From the NCBI RefSeq assembly GCF_006345805.1, contig NC_043015.1:46004001-46068000 (forward strand): a DNA stretch of 64,000 bases, read 5' to 3'. Below are positions 50,000 to 63,325 of the stretch, piece after piece (position 1 is the first letter of the stretch; each line of letters begins with the position of its first letter). The translations under genes and the position numbers were made by a program. Under the pieces are notes generated by a model, which made no database searches, was not told the DNA's origin, and saw only the letters and a program-made list of their open reading frames with translations. This DNA is from Octopus sinensis. Lineage: Eukaryota.

Positions 50000-52726
50000 T
50001 GTATTTGATTATAGTAGCATAAATATGGGTGCCTGTGAGTATTATCAATTTGAGGGATTTAACAAAAGCCCAGCTAGTAATTCCCGATGAAATTGTAGCT
50101 TGCAATTCACATCTTGTAGTGTGCGGTATTTACATCTCCTAACCTCTCTTTCTCCATACATTTACACATATATACACATACATATAAAGTAAAGGGCCCC
50201 CTTCAGTTGTAAATGACGAGGATATTACACCTAGGAAGTTATCTTCCGAGGCACAAGTCCCGGCAAGGTTTTCCCATACATACCTATTTCTTTACTGCCC
50301 ACAAGGGGCTAAACATAGAGGGGACAAACAAGGACAGACATAGGTATTACATCGACCCTAGTGCATAACTGGTACCTAATTTATCGACCCCGAAAGGATG
50401 AAAGGCAAAGTCGACCTCGGCGGAATTTGAACTCAAGAACGTAACGGCAGACGAAATACCGCTAAGCATTTCGCTCAGCGTGCTAACGTTTCTGCCAACT
50501 CGCCACCTTAGCTTGCCCCTACATACCAGACTCCCTTCTCCACACCATCGATGTTATCGAAGGAGAAGGCAAAGGTCAATACAGCTTGGCACCAGTGACA
50601 TCGCAAATCATTTCTACAGGTGAGCAATGTGAAATGAAGTATCTTGCTCAAGAATACAACACACAGCATAGTCCAGGAATTGAACTCATTACTACCTCAT
50701 GATTGTGAGCCCAACGCTCTAAACCACTGAGCCACGTGCCCTCACACATACATACAAACACTTTATATACACATAAAAGGTGTATATGGTCCTATGTCGA
50801 TTTTGAAGATGAGTATTATAGTAAGACCGATCTGCTCTCTTTTACTTGTTTCAGTCATTTGACTGCGGCCATGCTGGAGCACCGCCTTTAGTCGAGCAAA
50901 TCGACCCCGGGACTTATTCTTTGTAAGCCCAGTACTTATTCTATCGGTCTCTTTTGCCGAACCGCTAAGTGACGGGGACGTAAACACACCAGCATCGGTT
51001 GTCAAGCAATACTAGGGGGACAAACACAAACACATATATATATATATACATATACACGACAGGCTTCTTCCAGTTTCCGTCTACCAAATCCACTCACAAG
51101 GCTTTGGTTGGCCCGGGGCTATAGTAGAAGACACTTTCCCAAGATGCCACGCAGTGGGACTGAACCCGGAACCATGTGGTTGGTTAGCAAGCTACTTACC
51201 ACACAGCCACTCCTGCGCCTATGATCTAGTGAACCATTTTCTCATTGATGGGTGTACAAGTGGTTGAGTATTCCACAGAGAAGTCTCCCCTCAATGTAAT
51301 TCTCGAGCAGACTCAATGCAATGCAGTGTGTGTATGTGAGTAAATGTAAGAGAGAGAGAGAGAGAGAGACAAGGTTGGCCCTTTGAACGACAAGTGCCGT
51401 CCATCCAGTGAGGTTTGAACCTAGGACCTACTGAACGCCAATCAAACTGGCTAATCAACTAGCAATGCCTTTGGGTGTATATACATACATACAGACAGAC
51501 AGACACACACACACAGACGTACAGAGCTGCACCATAAATTATATAGGTACACACACAAATTTATGTACCTTTAAATATATATATATAACATTAAAATTGT
51601 ATATATACATACATACAGATTTACACATTTTCTGTCTCTCTTACATGATACACACATATACTCCATCATAATTTATATATGTTCCTCTTCTCTCTCTCTC
51701 TCACACACATACGCACACAAATTTAAGTACTTTTACATATGCATGAAAGTAAAACTGTACCTAGATGCACACCCATACATTTTCTTTCTCATGCTATATT
51801 TATATACATACTGCACCATGTTTTATATATGTATACACACACACACAAAGTATGTGTTGTACTTGGAAGAAGGAGGAAGAAGAAGAGGAAGAAGGAAAAG
51901 AAGGAGAGAAGAAGAAGGGGAAGAAGAAGAAGGGGGAGAAGAGAAGAAGAAAGGGAAGAAGCAGGGGAAGAAGAAGAAAAAGAAGAAAGGGAAGAAGCAG
52001 GGTAAGAAGAAGAGAAGGAGGAAGAAGAGGAAGGGGAAGAAGAAGGGGAAGAAGAAGGAGAAGAAAAGGAGGAAGAAGAGGAAGGGGAAGAAGAAGAAGA
52101 AAAGGAGGAAGAAGAGGAAGACCATACCCCCATTCCACTTCCCCACCAAACAAAAATGGAAATAAGAACAGAAACAGCAACATATTGTGAGAGCTTTTCC
52201 CTCCCTTTTACACTTTGACAGCACCCACCCACCCCCAACCCACAACCCCTCAATTTTTATAATACAAAATTTGAAAAAGAGAATAAGATAAGAGTGTTTC
52301 GAAATTAAATAAATAATGAATTGAAAAAAAAAAAAAACAGAAAAGAAAAAGAACGCAACCTCCACCCCACCCTCATAAAAGTAAAAAAAAAATAAAACAA
52401 CAAAAACGAAAGAAAAAACCCCAAAAAATCTAAACAAAAAAAAATTTTTTAAATAAAAAAAAAAAATCAACCACTAACAATGGCTTGCTGAGCTGGACTG
52501 CAACAATCCAACGACCACCCCCACAGACTTTGAAAACAACCAAGATAAACAAGACCATATATACACACATACACACATATATATATACTTACATATATCT
52601 ATATACATACATACATAATATTTTATATACATATATATAAATACATACATACACATATAATACACATACATACATAATATTTTATATACATATATAAATA
52701 CATAATACACACACACATATTATATT

Positions 52727-52760
<34 letters not shown>

Positions 52761-53393
52761 GCAAAATCTGTCCGACGAACGGGAATGGGAAACTCAGAGT
52801 AACAGGTTTAGTTGAATTTTCTGCTGCTTTTAAATAAAGCATATTACTCTACCACTGGTATTTGAGTACTCTTTTTTCCACCTTGTTTCACATTTATGTG
52901 TTTACTCCGGTATATATATATATAAGAAGAAATGAAGTACTCAGAAAATCAGATGGTTTATATTTAAAAATATTTATTTGTATATTACATGTTTTAACTT
53001 AGATCATGTATTAGTGCTTCCGTGAGTGTAGCACCCACTACACTCACGGAGTGGTTGGCGTTAGGAAGGGCATCCAGCTGTAGAAACACCACCAGATCTG
53101 ACTGACCTGGTGCAGCCTTCGGGCTTCCCAGACCCCAGGTGAACCGTCCAACCCATGCTAGCATGGAAAGTGGACGTTAAATGATGATGATGATGATTAG
53201 TTTGATTTGAAAACCCCACCAGAATGGGAGAAAGCGCTAATACATGATCTAAATTATATAATGCATAAAAACATGTAATATACAAATAAATATCTGTAAA
53301 TATAAAACCATCCTATTTTCTGAGTACCTCATTTCTTCTAATATAAAATGCCTGTACATCATCTCCAAACCTTCCAATATATATATATATATA

Positions 53394-53584
53394 CTTTATT
53401 TAAAGCAGCAGAAAATTCAACAAAACCTGTTACTCTGAGTTTCCCATTGCCGTTCGTCGGGAAACTCAGAGTAACAGGTTTTGGTGAATTTTCTGCTGTT
53501 TTAAATAAAGCATATTACTCTACCACTGGTATTTGAGTACTCTTTTTTCCACCTTGTTTCACATTTATGTGTTTACTCCGGTGT

Positions 53585-53585
<1 letters not shown>
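53394..53585. repeat. fold-back element with ~52-bp stem in (TA)n; non-inverted sibling at 52761-52910
   Basis: 53394-53445 pairs with 53459-53510; the 3' part matches 52788-52910. Confidence 0.9.
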
Positions 53586-53636
<51 letters not shown>

Positions 53637-54225
53637 CACATACACACAAACACATTTATAATGTTTATGTGTGTGTATATATGAGACATCAGTTAAGACT
53701 AAGCATTTGCAAGGATTGGCCAGAACCCTTCCTACCACATTCACACATTTTACAAAAAAAAAAAAAAAAAATAAGAGAGAAGCAGGCTCGTTGCCAAATC
53801 GCAGATGAAAACCGACACGCAAATTTCACATTTTTTTCCTTTTTTTTCTTTACTGTCAACGACATGCTGTACATCTTCTGCCTCCTTTCCTCTCTTCATC
53901 TCTTCCTACTTTCATGTATGCGAGCGATGTAAACATCCCATCCACAAGCAGGTTCTTGCGCAGATAGGTAAAGGTAAAGTAAGGTAACCACAAGGTGAGG
54001 CTTTGTTCATATTTCATTTTTTTTCGCTCTCCTTTTGTTTTTTTTTTTTCATCAGCCACCACTAGTGCTACCGTCTATCAGTTTCTGTCTGTTCGTCCTT
54101 CCTGTCCGTTTGTCTGCCAGCCGGCTGGCCTGCTGCCCTGCCCCCCCACCCCATCCTCGGCCGTGTCATTTTCAAAAGGAAAAAAGTTTTCATCTGGATT
54201 CGCCTCATCAAGAAGAAGGGGCTTG

Positions 54226-54306
54226 TCATGATTTGGCAGGGACTTTGTCGATTTTTAACTTCTTGCCAGCAGATGGATGAGAAGATGTAGCTGAAGGGAC
54301 ACGGCT
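54226..54306 (-). CDS. probable last coding exon of the bromodomain gene (SRVPSATSSHPSAGKKLKIDKVPAKS*)
   Basis: TTTTCTTTGATTTCAG acceptor, phase 0 compatible with exon 62598-62762; KKLK NLS-like motif; unique UTR-like sequence follows. Confidence 0.7.
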   Translation of the reverse strand, partial: SRVPSATSSHPSAGKKLKIDKVPAKS

Positions 54307-54409
54307 CTGAAATCAAAGAAAACCACAGCAATTAGAATCATAATAATATTTCCGATTTAAGCACAAGGCCAAAAAAAAAAAAAAAAAAACAAAAACAAAC
54401 AAAAAAAAA

Positions 54410-54805
54410 GGCGCAGGAGTGGCTGTGTGGTAAGTAGCTTGCTAACCAACCACATGGTTCCGGGTTCAGTCCCACTGCGTGGCACCTTGGGCAAGTGTCT
54501 TCTGCTATAGCCTCGGGCCAACCAAAGCCTTGTGAGTGGATTTGGTAGACAGAAACTGAAAGAAGCCCGTCATATATATGTATATATGTGTGTGTGTGTG
54601 TGTGTGTTTGCCCCCTAGCATTGCTTGACAACCGATGCTGGTGTGTTTGTGTCCCCGTCACTTAGCGGTTCGGCAAAAGAGACCGATAGAATAAGTACTG
54701 GGCTTACAAAGAATAAGTCCTGGGGGTCGATTTGCTCGACTAAAGGCGGTGCTCCGGCATGGCCGCAGTCAAATGACTGAAACAAGTAAAAGAGTAAAAG
54801 AGAGT
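54410..54805 (+). mobile_element. SINE family A (tRNA-derived, internal TA/CA microsatellite), full length
   Basis: A/B-box-like head GGCGCAGGAGTGGCTGTGTGG..GGTTCAGTCCC; tail ..GAAACAAGTAAAAGAG. Other + copies at 20548-20920, 28670-28970, 63100-63250 and 63388-63825. Confidence 0.9.
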
Positions 54806-55540
54806 AAACAGAGGTGGGGGTGGAGTCAAGGAGAGGTGGGGGGTGCAGTAGTTTGGTTACATAAATTTCAGTACTTAACTGGAACTTAATTTTATCAATT
54901 CAGAAAGGATGAAAGACAAAGTTCACCACATAGCCAATAATATTTTTTCCTTTTAAATTTTACCTAGTTTCAGCTCACGGGCTGTGGCCATGCTGGGGCA
55001 CTGCCATTTAATATATATATATATATTAACTGGTGTTGGTGTGTTTGCGTTCTCATAACATAGCGATTCAGCAAAAGAGACCAATAGAATAAGTACTAGG
55101 CTTCAAAAGATAATAAGTCCTAGGGTCAATTTGTTCAACAAAAACCCTTCAAGATAATGTCACAGCATGGCCACAGTCAAATGACTGAAACAAGTAAACG
55201 ATATATATATATATAAAATCATTACTATTATGTTAAACTGTCGTATATCCAAATTTGGCCAAATGCGTTTTTTTCCCAATATTTATTCTTTTTGTCAAAC
55301 TATCGTATCTCCAGCCACTTCAGATGCCAAGATATCAAAAATTGTCAAGGTGTAGTACAACAGTTTAGCATTTCTCAACAGCATAATAAGTTCAACATAT
55401 GACAGTTTTACAAAAATATTTCTGACTGAAAATATCAGACATGCATGGCGTTACGATTTTATACACCCAACAAAGCATTATTATTGTTAAGCTGAAACTC
55501 TTGCTAATGTAAAGAGAAATGGAATCTCTTTCTCTTTTTC

Positions 55541-55944
55541 TCTCTTTTTACTTGTTTCAGTCATTTGACTGCGGCCATGCTGGAGCACCGCCTTTAGTCG
55601 AGCAAATCGACCCCGGGACTTATTCTTTGTAAGCCCAGTACTTATTCTATTGGTCTCTTTTTGCCGAACCTCGAAGTGACGGGGACGTAAACACACCAGC
55701 ATCGGTTGTCAAGCAATGCTAGGGGAACAAACACAGACACACAAACATATTCACACACACTTATATATATATACATATATACGACAGGCTTCTTTCAGTT
55801 TCCGTCTACCAAATCCACTCACAAGGCATTGGTCGGCCCGGGGCTATAGCAGAAGACACTTGCCCAAGATGCCACGCAGTGGGACTGAACCCGGAACCAT
55901 GTGGTTGGTTAGCAAGCTACTTACCAAACAGCCACTCCTGCGCC
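55541..55944 (-). mobile_element. SINE family A, full length
   Basis: Reverse complement of 54410-54805. Other - copies at 9225-9542, 33900-34190, 34455-34990, 41850-42288, 45282-45670, 47520-47675 and 50835-51220. Confidence 0.9.
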
Positions 55945-56327
55945 TATGGTGAAACTATTTTTTCGTTTTCTGAAAAAGCAACCTTTTGGATTTACGACAC
56001 TTTTGCATAATAGCAACAACATATATTATATATGAGTGGTTGTATGGTTAGACATTTGCTTCCCGATCTAATGGCTCCTGGTTCAGTCCCACTGCGTAGC
56101 AACATGGGAAACTTTCTTCTACAGCCTCGAGAAAGCCAAAGCCTTGTGAATGACTAAAGCCTGATGTTGGTGAGTTCACACCCAAGTAGGTTAGCAGTTC
56201 AGCAAAAGTGACCAATAGAAGAAGTACCAGGCTTAAGAAAATAGAAGTATTGCAGTTGATTCATTTGACTAAACTTCTTCACGGCAGTGCCCCAGCATGG
56301 CCACAATCTAATGATTGAACCAAGTAA

Positions 56328-56332
56328 TACAT

Positions 56333-56373
<41 letters not shown>

Positions 56374-57214
56374 TATATACACATATACATATATATATAT
56401 ACATATACATATATATATATACACATATACATATATATATATATACACATATACATATATATATATACACACATATACATATATATATATATACATATAT
56501 ATATACACATATACATATATATATACATATACATATATACACATATATATATATACACATACATATATATATATACACATATACATATATATATACATAT
56601 ATACACACATATACATATATATATACATATACATATATATACACACACACACATATATATATACATATACATATATATACACACACACACACATATATAT
56701 ATACATATACATATATATACACACACACATATATATATACATATACATATATATACACACACACACACATATATATATACATATACATATATATATACAC
56801 ACACACACACATATATATATACATATACATATATATACACACACACACACACATATATATACATATACATATATATACACACACACATATATATATACAT
56901 ATATATATACACACACATATATATATATACATATATATATACACACACATATATATATACATATACATATATACACACACACATATATATACATATACAT
57001 ATATATACACACACACACACATATATATATATACATATACATACACACACACATATATATATACATATACATATATACACACACACACACATATATATAT
57101 ATACATATATATACACACACACACACATATATACATATACATACACACACACACACACACATATATATACATATATATACACACACACACACACACATAT
57201 ATATACATATATAT

Positions 57215-57251
<37 letters not shown>

Positions 57252-57310
57252 CATATACACATATATATATATATACATATACACATATACATATACATAT
57301 ATATATATAC
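56328..57310. repeat. ~1-kb (TA)/(CA) compound microsatellite
   Basis: Direct inspection; it is the source of the 300+ aa artefact ORFs. Confidence 0.95.
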
Positions 57311-58839
57311 AAATAATAAATAAATGTGCCCTTTTAAAGCCTAGCCAGGCTCATGGGTCCGGTTTCCCGGTTTCTATGGCGTATGTGTTCCCCAGCTGGA
57401 CGGGACGCCAGTCCATCGCAGCGTTACTCATTTTTGCCAGCTGAAATCGAAACCACAATCTTACAATCATGATGCTGACACCCTAACCACTAAGCCACAT
57501 GCCTCCACACACACACACACACACATATTGCTTCTTATTAAATACTCTTTACCTTCTTTGCACAGTCATATAAAGCATCTGCTAGTAGTGAGAGAGGGAG
57601 GGGAAAAAGAGAGTATGTGGTGCTCATGCCATAAGCCAGCATCATTAATGATTTAAGCAAAATGAAATAGCTGCAACCAGAAAATGAAACTGGATTTCTG
57701 ATACTACCCAGAGAAAGCTTACCTCTATACCCTAGGTAACTATGCACACACACACACACACACATGGTTGCTCTTCTTCCCACCTCTACAACCTCCAAGC
57801 AGCTTCACGAGTATAACTCTATCCATTTCATAAAGCAATGCTGTGTGTGTAACTAGAAAGGGGTTTATATCACTTAGCTAGCATCACTTTCAACAATCCT
57901 ATACTGATGAGAAGATGAAGGGAGGGGAGGGAGAAGAGGAGAAAGAAGTGGAAGGGGAAGGTGATTGAGTAATGCAGTGCCATAATGAGTGAGATAATTG
58001 GAACAGAAAGGGAAGATAGGATAGGGAGCTGGGCAGGGCAGTTGTGTGTGTGTGTGTCAGGGCTGAGGAGGGAAGGCAAAGTGAGAAAAGGTATGTAGTA
58101 GGGATATGTGTTATTGGATGAGACATTCTAGATAGATAGATAGATAGATAAATATGTAAGTTTGTGTGTATGTGTGTCTCTCTCTCCACACACACACAGA
58201 CACAAACACATACACTCACACACACATACGTGGAGAGATAGGTAATATATGTTACCACGTCAAGGTTCTGAAATGAGCACAAATTTTTTTCTTAAAAGCC
58301 TCCGAAGCAACCATTACCTAAGGGGACAGCTTGCATGCACAGGTTTTGTGTGCATAGGTATGAAGCCTGTATACACATAAAAAGAGAAACAGAGAAAATG
58401 TGTGAGTGTATGTTTGTGTGTGTGTGTTTATTGCGGATGAAAGACGCACAATCGTTTGCACGCCGGGCGAAATGCGTAGCCGTATTTCGTCTGTCGTTAC
58501 GTTGTGGGTTCAAATTCCGCCGAGGTCGACTTTGCCTTTCATCCTTTCGGGGTCGATAAATTAAGTACCAGTTACGCATTGGGGTCGATGTAATCGACTT
58601 AATACCTATGTCTGTCCTTGTTTGTCCCCTCTGTGTTTAGCCCCTTGTGGGTAATAAAGAAATAAAAATGTGATTGTGATTGACTAATACCAGAGAGTAT
58701 GGTAGATTAGATACTACCCTGGCCTGTTTGCAAATCAGAAAATAAATTTTCGGCTGCTGTAGGTAGTGAAAATGTTTCACAAAACACAGAAAAAAACTCA
58801 AATGGGTACAATTTTAGAAATGTAACAGCTATGTCACGA

Positions 58840-59170
58840 CTGGCTCCAGTGCCGGTTGCACATAAAAAGCACCATCCGAACGTGGCCGTTGCCAGCGCCG
58901 CTTTGGCTGGCTCCCGTGCCGGTGGCATGTTAAAAGCTCCAACCGATCGTGGCCGATGCCGGACCCCCCCCCCCGGCACCTGTGCAGGTGGCACGTAGAG
59001 AGTACCCACTACACTCGCGGAGTGGTTGGCGTTAGGAAGGGCATCCAGCTGTAGAAACTCTGCCAGATCAGACTGGAGCCTGGTGCAGCCCCTGGCTTCC
59101 CAGACCCCGGTCGAACCGTCCAACTCATGCTAGCGCGGAAAACGGACGTTAAACGATGATGATGATGATG
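58840..59170 (+). mobile_element. retroposon family D with (GAT)n tail
   Basis: GGCGTTAGGAAGGGCATCCAGCTGTAGAAAC..GGACGTTAAACGATGATG; copies at 22090-22243, 46735-47010 and 53025-53196. Confidence 0.8.
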
Positions 59171-60134
59171 TAAATATACAGACAACTGCAACATCATTTC
59201 AAATTTCTTACAGAATACATTTCAAAACTTACAATGACACACCTGTAACAAAACCTGCATTTGTATTTTTACTACCTTGATGCTGCTGTCTGTTTGCCTG
59301 TTTGTTTGTTTGCTGAGTGCCTGGGAGAAGTCCGAAGCGTGGTCCTTTGCTATTCGTAAGACCCGCAGAAGAGAAAGCAGGTCAACCCCCGACACCGAGA
59401 GCATCGACGGATGGATGAATGTACATCAAGGCTCAGCGGTTGCGTAGGAAGTCGGGGACAAGAAACAGGAAGAAAGAGTGAGCGAAAGAGTACAACAGGG
59501 GTTGCCACCACCCCCTGCCGGAGCCTCATGGAGCTTTTAGGCATTTTCGCTCAATAAACACACACAACACCCAGTCTGGGATTCGAAACCGTGATCCTCC
59601 GACCACGAGTCTGCTGCCCTAACCACTGGGTCATTGCACATCCTGTTGCTGCTGTTGCAGCAGGTGTTGTTGATTATCCTTTAAGCAACCCTTGCTGATT
59701 TCTATTTAAATGCAATGGAGATGATGCATCGCTCAGATGACTGTTCCTTGACACAGTGGACAAGCATGCATGGTCCAATGACAGAAAGCAATAATATTGG
59801 ATTCAAATTTTGGCACAAGGTCAGTAATTTGGGGGAGGGGACAAAACAATTACAGTGACCCCCAGCATTCGACTGGTACATATTTTATCAACCCCGAAAG
59901 GATGAAAGGTAAAGTCGATCTTGGTGAAATTTGAACTTAGAGCATAGAAACACATGAAAGGCCACCTGACTCAGAGCAACAATACTCAGAGCAACAATAC
60001 CATATCACCATGCATGGTGATAAGGTCAAAAAAACAAACCTAGGCTGAACAAGATCAACCTCTCTTAAGACCTCAACAGCAGAGCAAACAAATTGAGACT
60101 GCAAACCATGGTTAGTCAGAATGATATTTGAAAT

Positions 60135-60552
60135 AGGCGGCGAGCTGGCAGAATCATCAGCACGCCGGGGCGAAATGCTTAGCGGTATTTTGTCTGCCGT
60201 TACGTTCTGTGTTCAAATTCCGTCGAGGTTGACTTTGCTTTTCATCCTTTTGGGGTCGATTAAATAAGTACCAGTTACGCACTGGGGTCGATGTAATCGA
60301 CTTAATCCGTTTGTCTGTCCTTGTTTGTCCTCTCTGTGTTTAGCCCCTTGTGGGTAGTAAAGAAATAGGTATTTCGTCTCCCGCTATGTTCCGAGTTCAA
60401 ATTCCACGAGGTCGACTTTGCCTTTCATCCTTTCGGGGTCGATTAAATAAGTACCAGTTACACACTGGGGCTGGTGTAATCGACTTAATTCCTTTGTCTG
60501 TCCTTGTTTGTCCCTTCTATGTTTAGCCCCCTGTGGGCAATAAAGAAATAGA
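60135..60552 (+). mobile_element. SINE family B (tRNA-derived) with duplicated 3' half
   Basis: GGCGGCGAGCTGGCAGAA..GTTCAAATTCC..GACTTTGCCTTTCATCCTTTCGGGGTCGAT. Other copies at 1934-2160, 8003-8215, 17716-17885, 33438-33605, 38282-38425, 45915-46200, 50280-50510 and 58445-58665. Confidence 0.9.
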
Positions 60553-61104
60553 TATTTAAAACAGCGGAAGAAAACAATGCCTGATGGACAGGCTAAGAAG
60601 GTGCCACTTGAGTCTACAACCAAGCCAGTGGTAGCCCCCATCTCATTTTACATGTGTCATAGAGGATGGTCTTCAAACGAAAATGTATGTGTGTGTGTGT
60701 GTGCATCATTCACTGACAAGAGATCAACAAGAAACAGATCCATGCCACTGACATTACTTCTTTTAGAATAATTCTTTCCTCAGAGAGAAACTGAAATTTC
60801 GGGATATGAGAAGCAGCTGACGGAAATGACAGATGTGAAGAATCTGATGTTTTGTGACCTTGTTCTTCCTTTTGACAAACAGAAAGTAACAATACCGCTA
60901 TGGTACTCTCTTTATTAAAAGGGCACAGAGTGACTGTCGTAATAAACCCACCCATTGTGTTGTGACTTGAATTCACACACACACACACACACACAAATAA
61001 ATAAGAAAAGAAAAAAGTTCAAGAAAGTGAGGCTTTTATAGTGATTAGCTAAATAAGAAAATATAGGTAGGTGATAAAGTTAAATAGGAATAGGGAAGAT
61101 GTGC

Positions 61105-61820
61105 TTCTTTACTACCCACAAGGGGCTAAACACAGAGGGGACAAACGGATCAAGTTGATTACATCGACCCCAGTGCGTAACTGGTACTTAATTTAATCGA
61201 CTCCGAAAGGATGAAAGGCAAAGTCAACCTCAGCGGAATTTGAATTCAGAATGTAGTGGCAGACGAAATACCTATTTCTTTACTACCCGCAAGGGGCTAA
61301 ACATAGAGGGGACAAACAAGGACAGACAAATGGATCAAGTCGATTACATCGACCCCGGTGCATAACTGGTACTTAATTTAACGACCCTGAAAGGATGAAA
61401 GGCAAAGTCAACCTCAGCGGAATTTGAATTCAGAATGTAGTGGCAGACGAAATACCTATTTCTTTACTACCCACAAGGGGCTAAACACAGAGGGGACAAA
61501 CGGATCAAGTCGATTACATCGACCACAGTGCGTAACTGGTACTTAATTTAATGACCCCGAAAGGATGAAAGGCAAAGTCGACCTCGGCGGAATTTGAACT
61601 CAGAACGTAGCGGCAGACGAAATACCTATTTCTTTACTACCCGCAAGGGGCTAAACACAGAGGGGACAAACAAGGACAGACAAACGGATCAAGTCGATTA
61701 CATCGACCCCAGTGCGTAACTGGTACTTAATTTAATCGACCCCGAAAGGATGAAAGGCAAAGTCGACCTCGACGGAATTTGAACTCAGAACGTAACGGCA
61801 GACGAAATATGGCTATGCGG
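61105..61820 (-). repeat. four tandem ~170-180-bp units of SINE family B
   Basis: TTTACTACCC(A/G)CAAGGGGCTAAAC..GGCAGACGAAATA repeated four times. Confidence 0.9.
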
Positions 61821-62093
61821 CCTTGTCATTAAGGTAACAGACAAAATCAATCATGAAATCACCAGTTCATACTCTTTCACTAAAAGTACATAGTGTTAGC
61901 AGCTAAAGTCATTCCACTCTCAAAGAGCCAAATCCATTCAAGTGTAGGTTCATTAGGGCAGAAAGAACTTGCCACTCTATGCAGCAGCTTCCGTAGCAGC
62001 CTCAGGCTGTTATCTAAAAATGAAGAATTCCTGTTAGATTATAGTAGAGAGCTCCAGCATGAATAGTCTAGACCAGTGCTTTTCAAACTTTTT

Positions 62094-62275
62094 GCTGGAG
62101 TGGAACCCCAAGGAAACATTCCACTGGCTCGAGGAACCCCTGTGCAATAATTTAATAGTCTTATGCACACATATCTGCACAGGAGAATTAAAAATTACTG
62201 CTGATTTTAGCAGTTTTGTAACTTCTTGCGGAACCCCCGGACTCTACTGGCAGAACCCTGGTTGAAAACCACTGC
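62094..62275. mobile_element. hAT/Charlie-like MITE (related copy at 2986-3167)
   Basis: CAGTGCTTTTCAAAC...GGTTGAAAACCACTG TIRs; GTCTAGAC target-like flank. Confidence 0.7.
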
Positions 62276-62597
62276 TTTAGGCAGATATATTTAAAACGAC
62301 TTTATTAGCCCTTTCGTTACCAACCCGGCTGAAACCGGCTCTGGCTCTGAGTACAAATGCCATATTTTCGTAAGTTTTGAATTAAAATCTTCCATCAAAC
62401 CTTAGTCACAAATAATGTTCCTAACACTAGCTTAACGACAATTAAGTTATTTTACAAAATTCTTTTGTTATATTTAAAGTAATTTAAAGAAACACAGAGC
62501 ATCTCAAAATAAAAATTCAGTAACAAAAGGGTTAAACTTGTAAACCAACTGGAGAAATATCACAAACAAAATTTTTCGAGATAATAAAGATATTTAC

Positions 62598-62762
62598 CTT
62601 GTTCAATTTGCCAACTATTTTCTCATACTCTTGAGTATAAAATGCAAATACTTCTTGGCAGTCTCTCTGGACAGAGCTGCCGAGTGGATTGTACAACCCA
62701 CAGTTATCACGTACCAATGACATATCACTATGGAAATCTTCCATTGTAGTATAATATCCAGA
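62598..62762 (-). CDS. bromodomain-containing protein, exon encoding the C-terminal helices of the bromodomain
   Basis: TTATTTCAG acceptor and AAG|GTAAAT donor; 165 nt, phase 0-0. SGYYTTMEDFHSDMSLVRDNCGLYNPLGSSVQRDC fits the bromodomain pattern Y-x5-F-x2-D-x2-L-x3-NC-x2-YN. Confidence 0.9.
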
Positions 62763-62897
62763 CTGAAATAAGAGAATAGACATTTATATATACATATTTC
62801 AAAAATGCACAGAAAATAATACAAAATACAGAGGCAGGTGAAACAACAACAAACAGGGTGCATTAATTTGATGCTCTAGAAAAAAATGAAAGAAGTC

Positions 62898-62932
62898 GTT
62901 GATGTTTCGAGCCTATGCTCATCTTCAGACAG
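62898..62932 (-). ncRNA. degenerate minimal hammerhead-ribozyme-like motif
   Basis: The minus strand reads CTGAAGA-T-GAGC-ATAG-GCTC-GAAAC-ATC; stems I and III are imperfect. Confidence 0.45.
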
Positions 62933-63294
62933 GATAGGTGAAGGGAGAAAACAGATGGAGATAGAAAAATGTAGAGGAAAAACAGATGTACTTGAGTTTT
63001 ATACACACACACACACACAAGGTGGGGTGCTGAAGAATTCTTGACTTTGGGTAAAAGAAAATACAGAAGGACCAGTTAATTATGATTTTATTCAACATAA
63101 GGTGCAGGAGTGGCTTGCTTACCAACCACATGGTTCTGGGTTCAGTCCCACTGCATAGCGCTTTGGGCAAGTGTCTTCTACTATAGCCTCAGGTCGACCA
63201 AAGCCTTCTGCGTGTATTTGGTAGACGGAAACTGAAAGAAGCCCGTCGTATATATGTGTGTGTGTGTGTATATATATGTGTGTATATATGTATG

Positions 63295-63325
<31 letters not shown>

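Noticed and set aside
56199-57444. ORFs of 330-385 aa in several frames
   Set aside because: Translations of (TA)/(CA) microsatellite; the same applies to 49145-49796, 34447-34995 and 35402-36055.
61850-62030. Alternative last exon of the bromodomain gene (ITA*)
   Set aside because: An acceptor-like sequence exists near 62014 but there is no other support; the exon at 54306 gives a more plausible tail.
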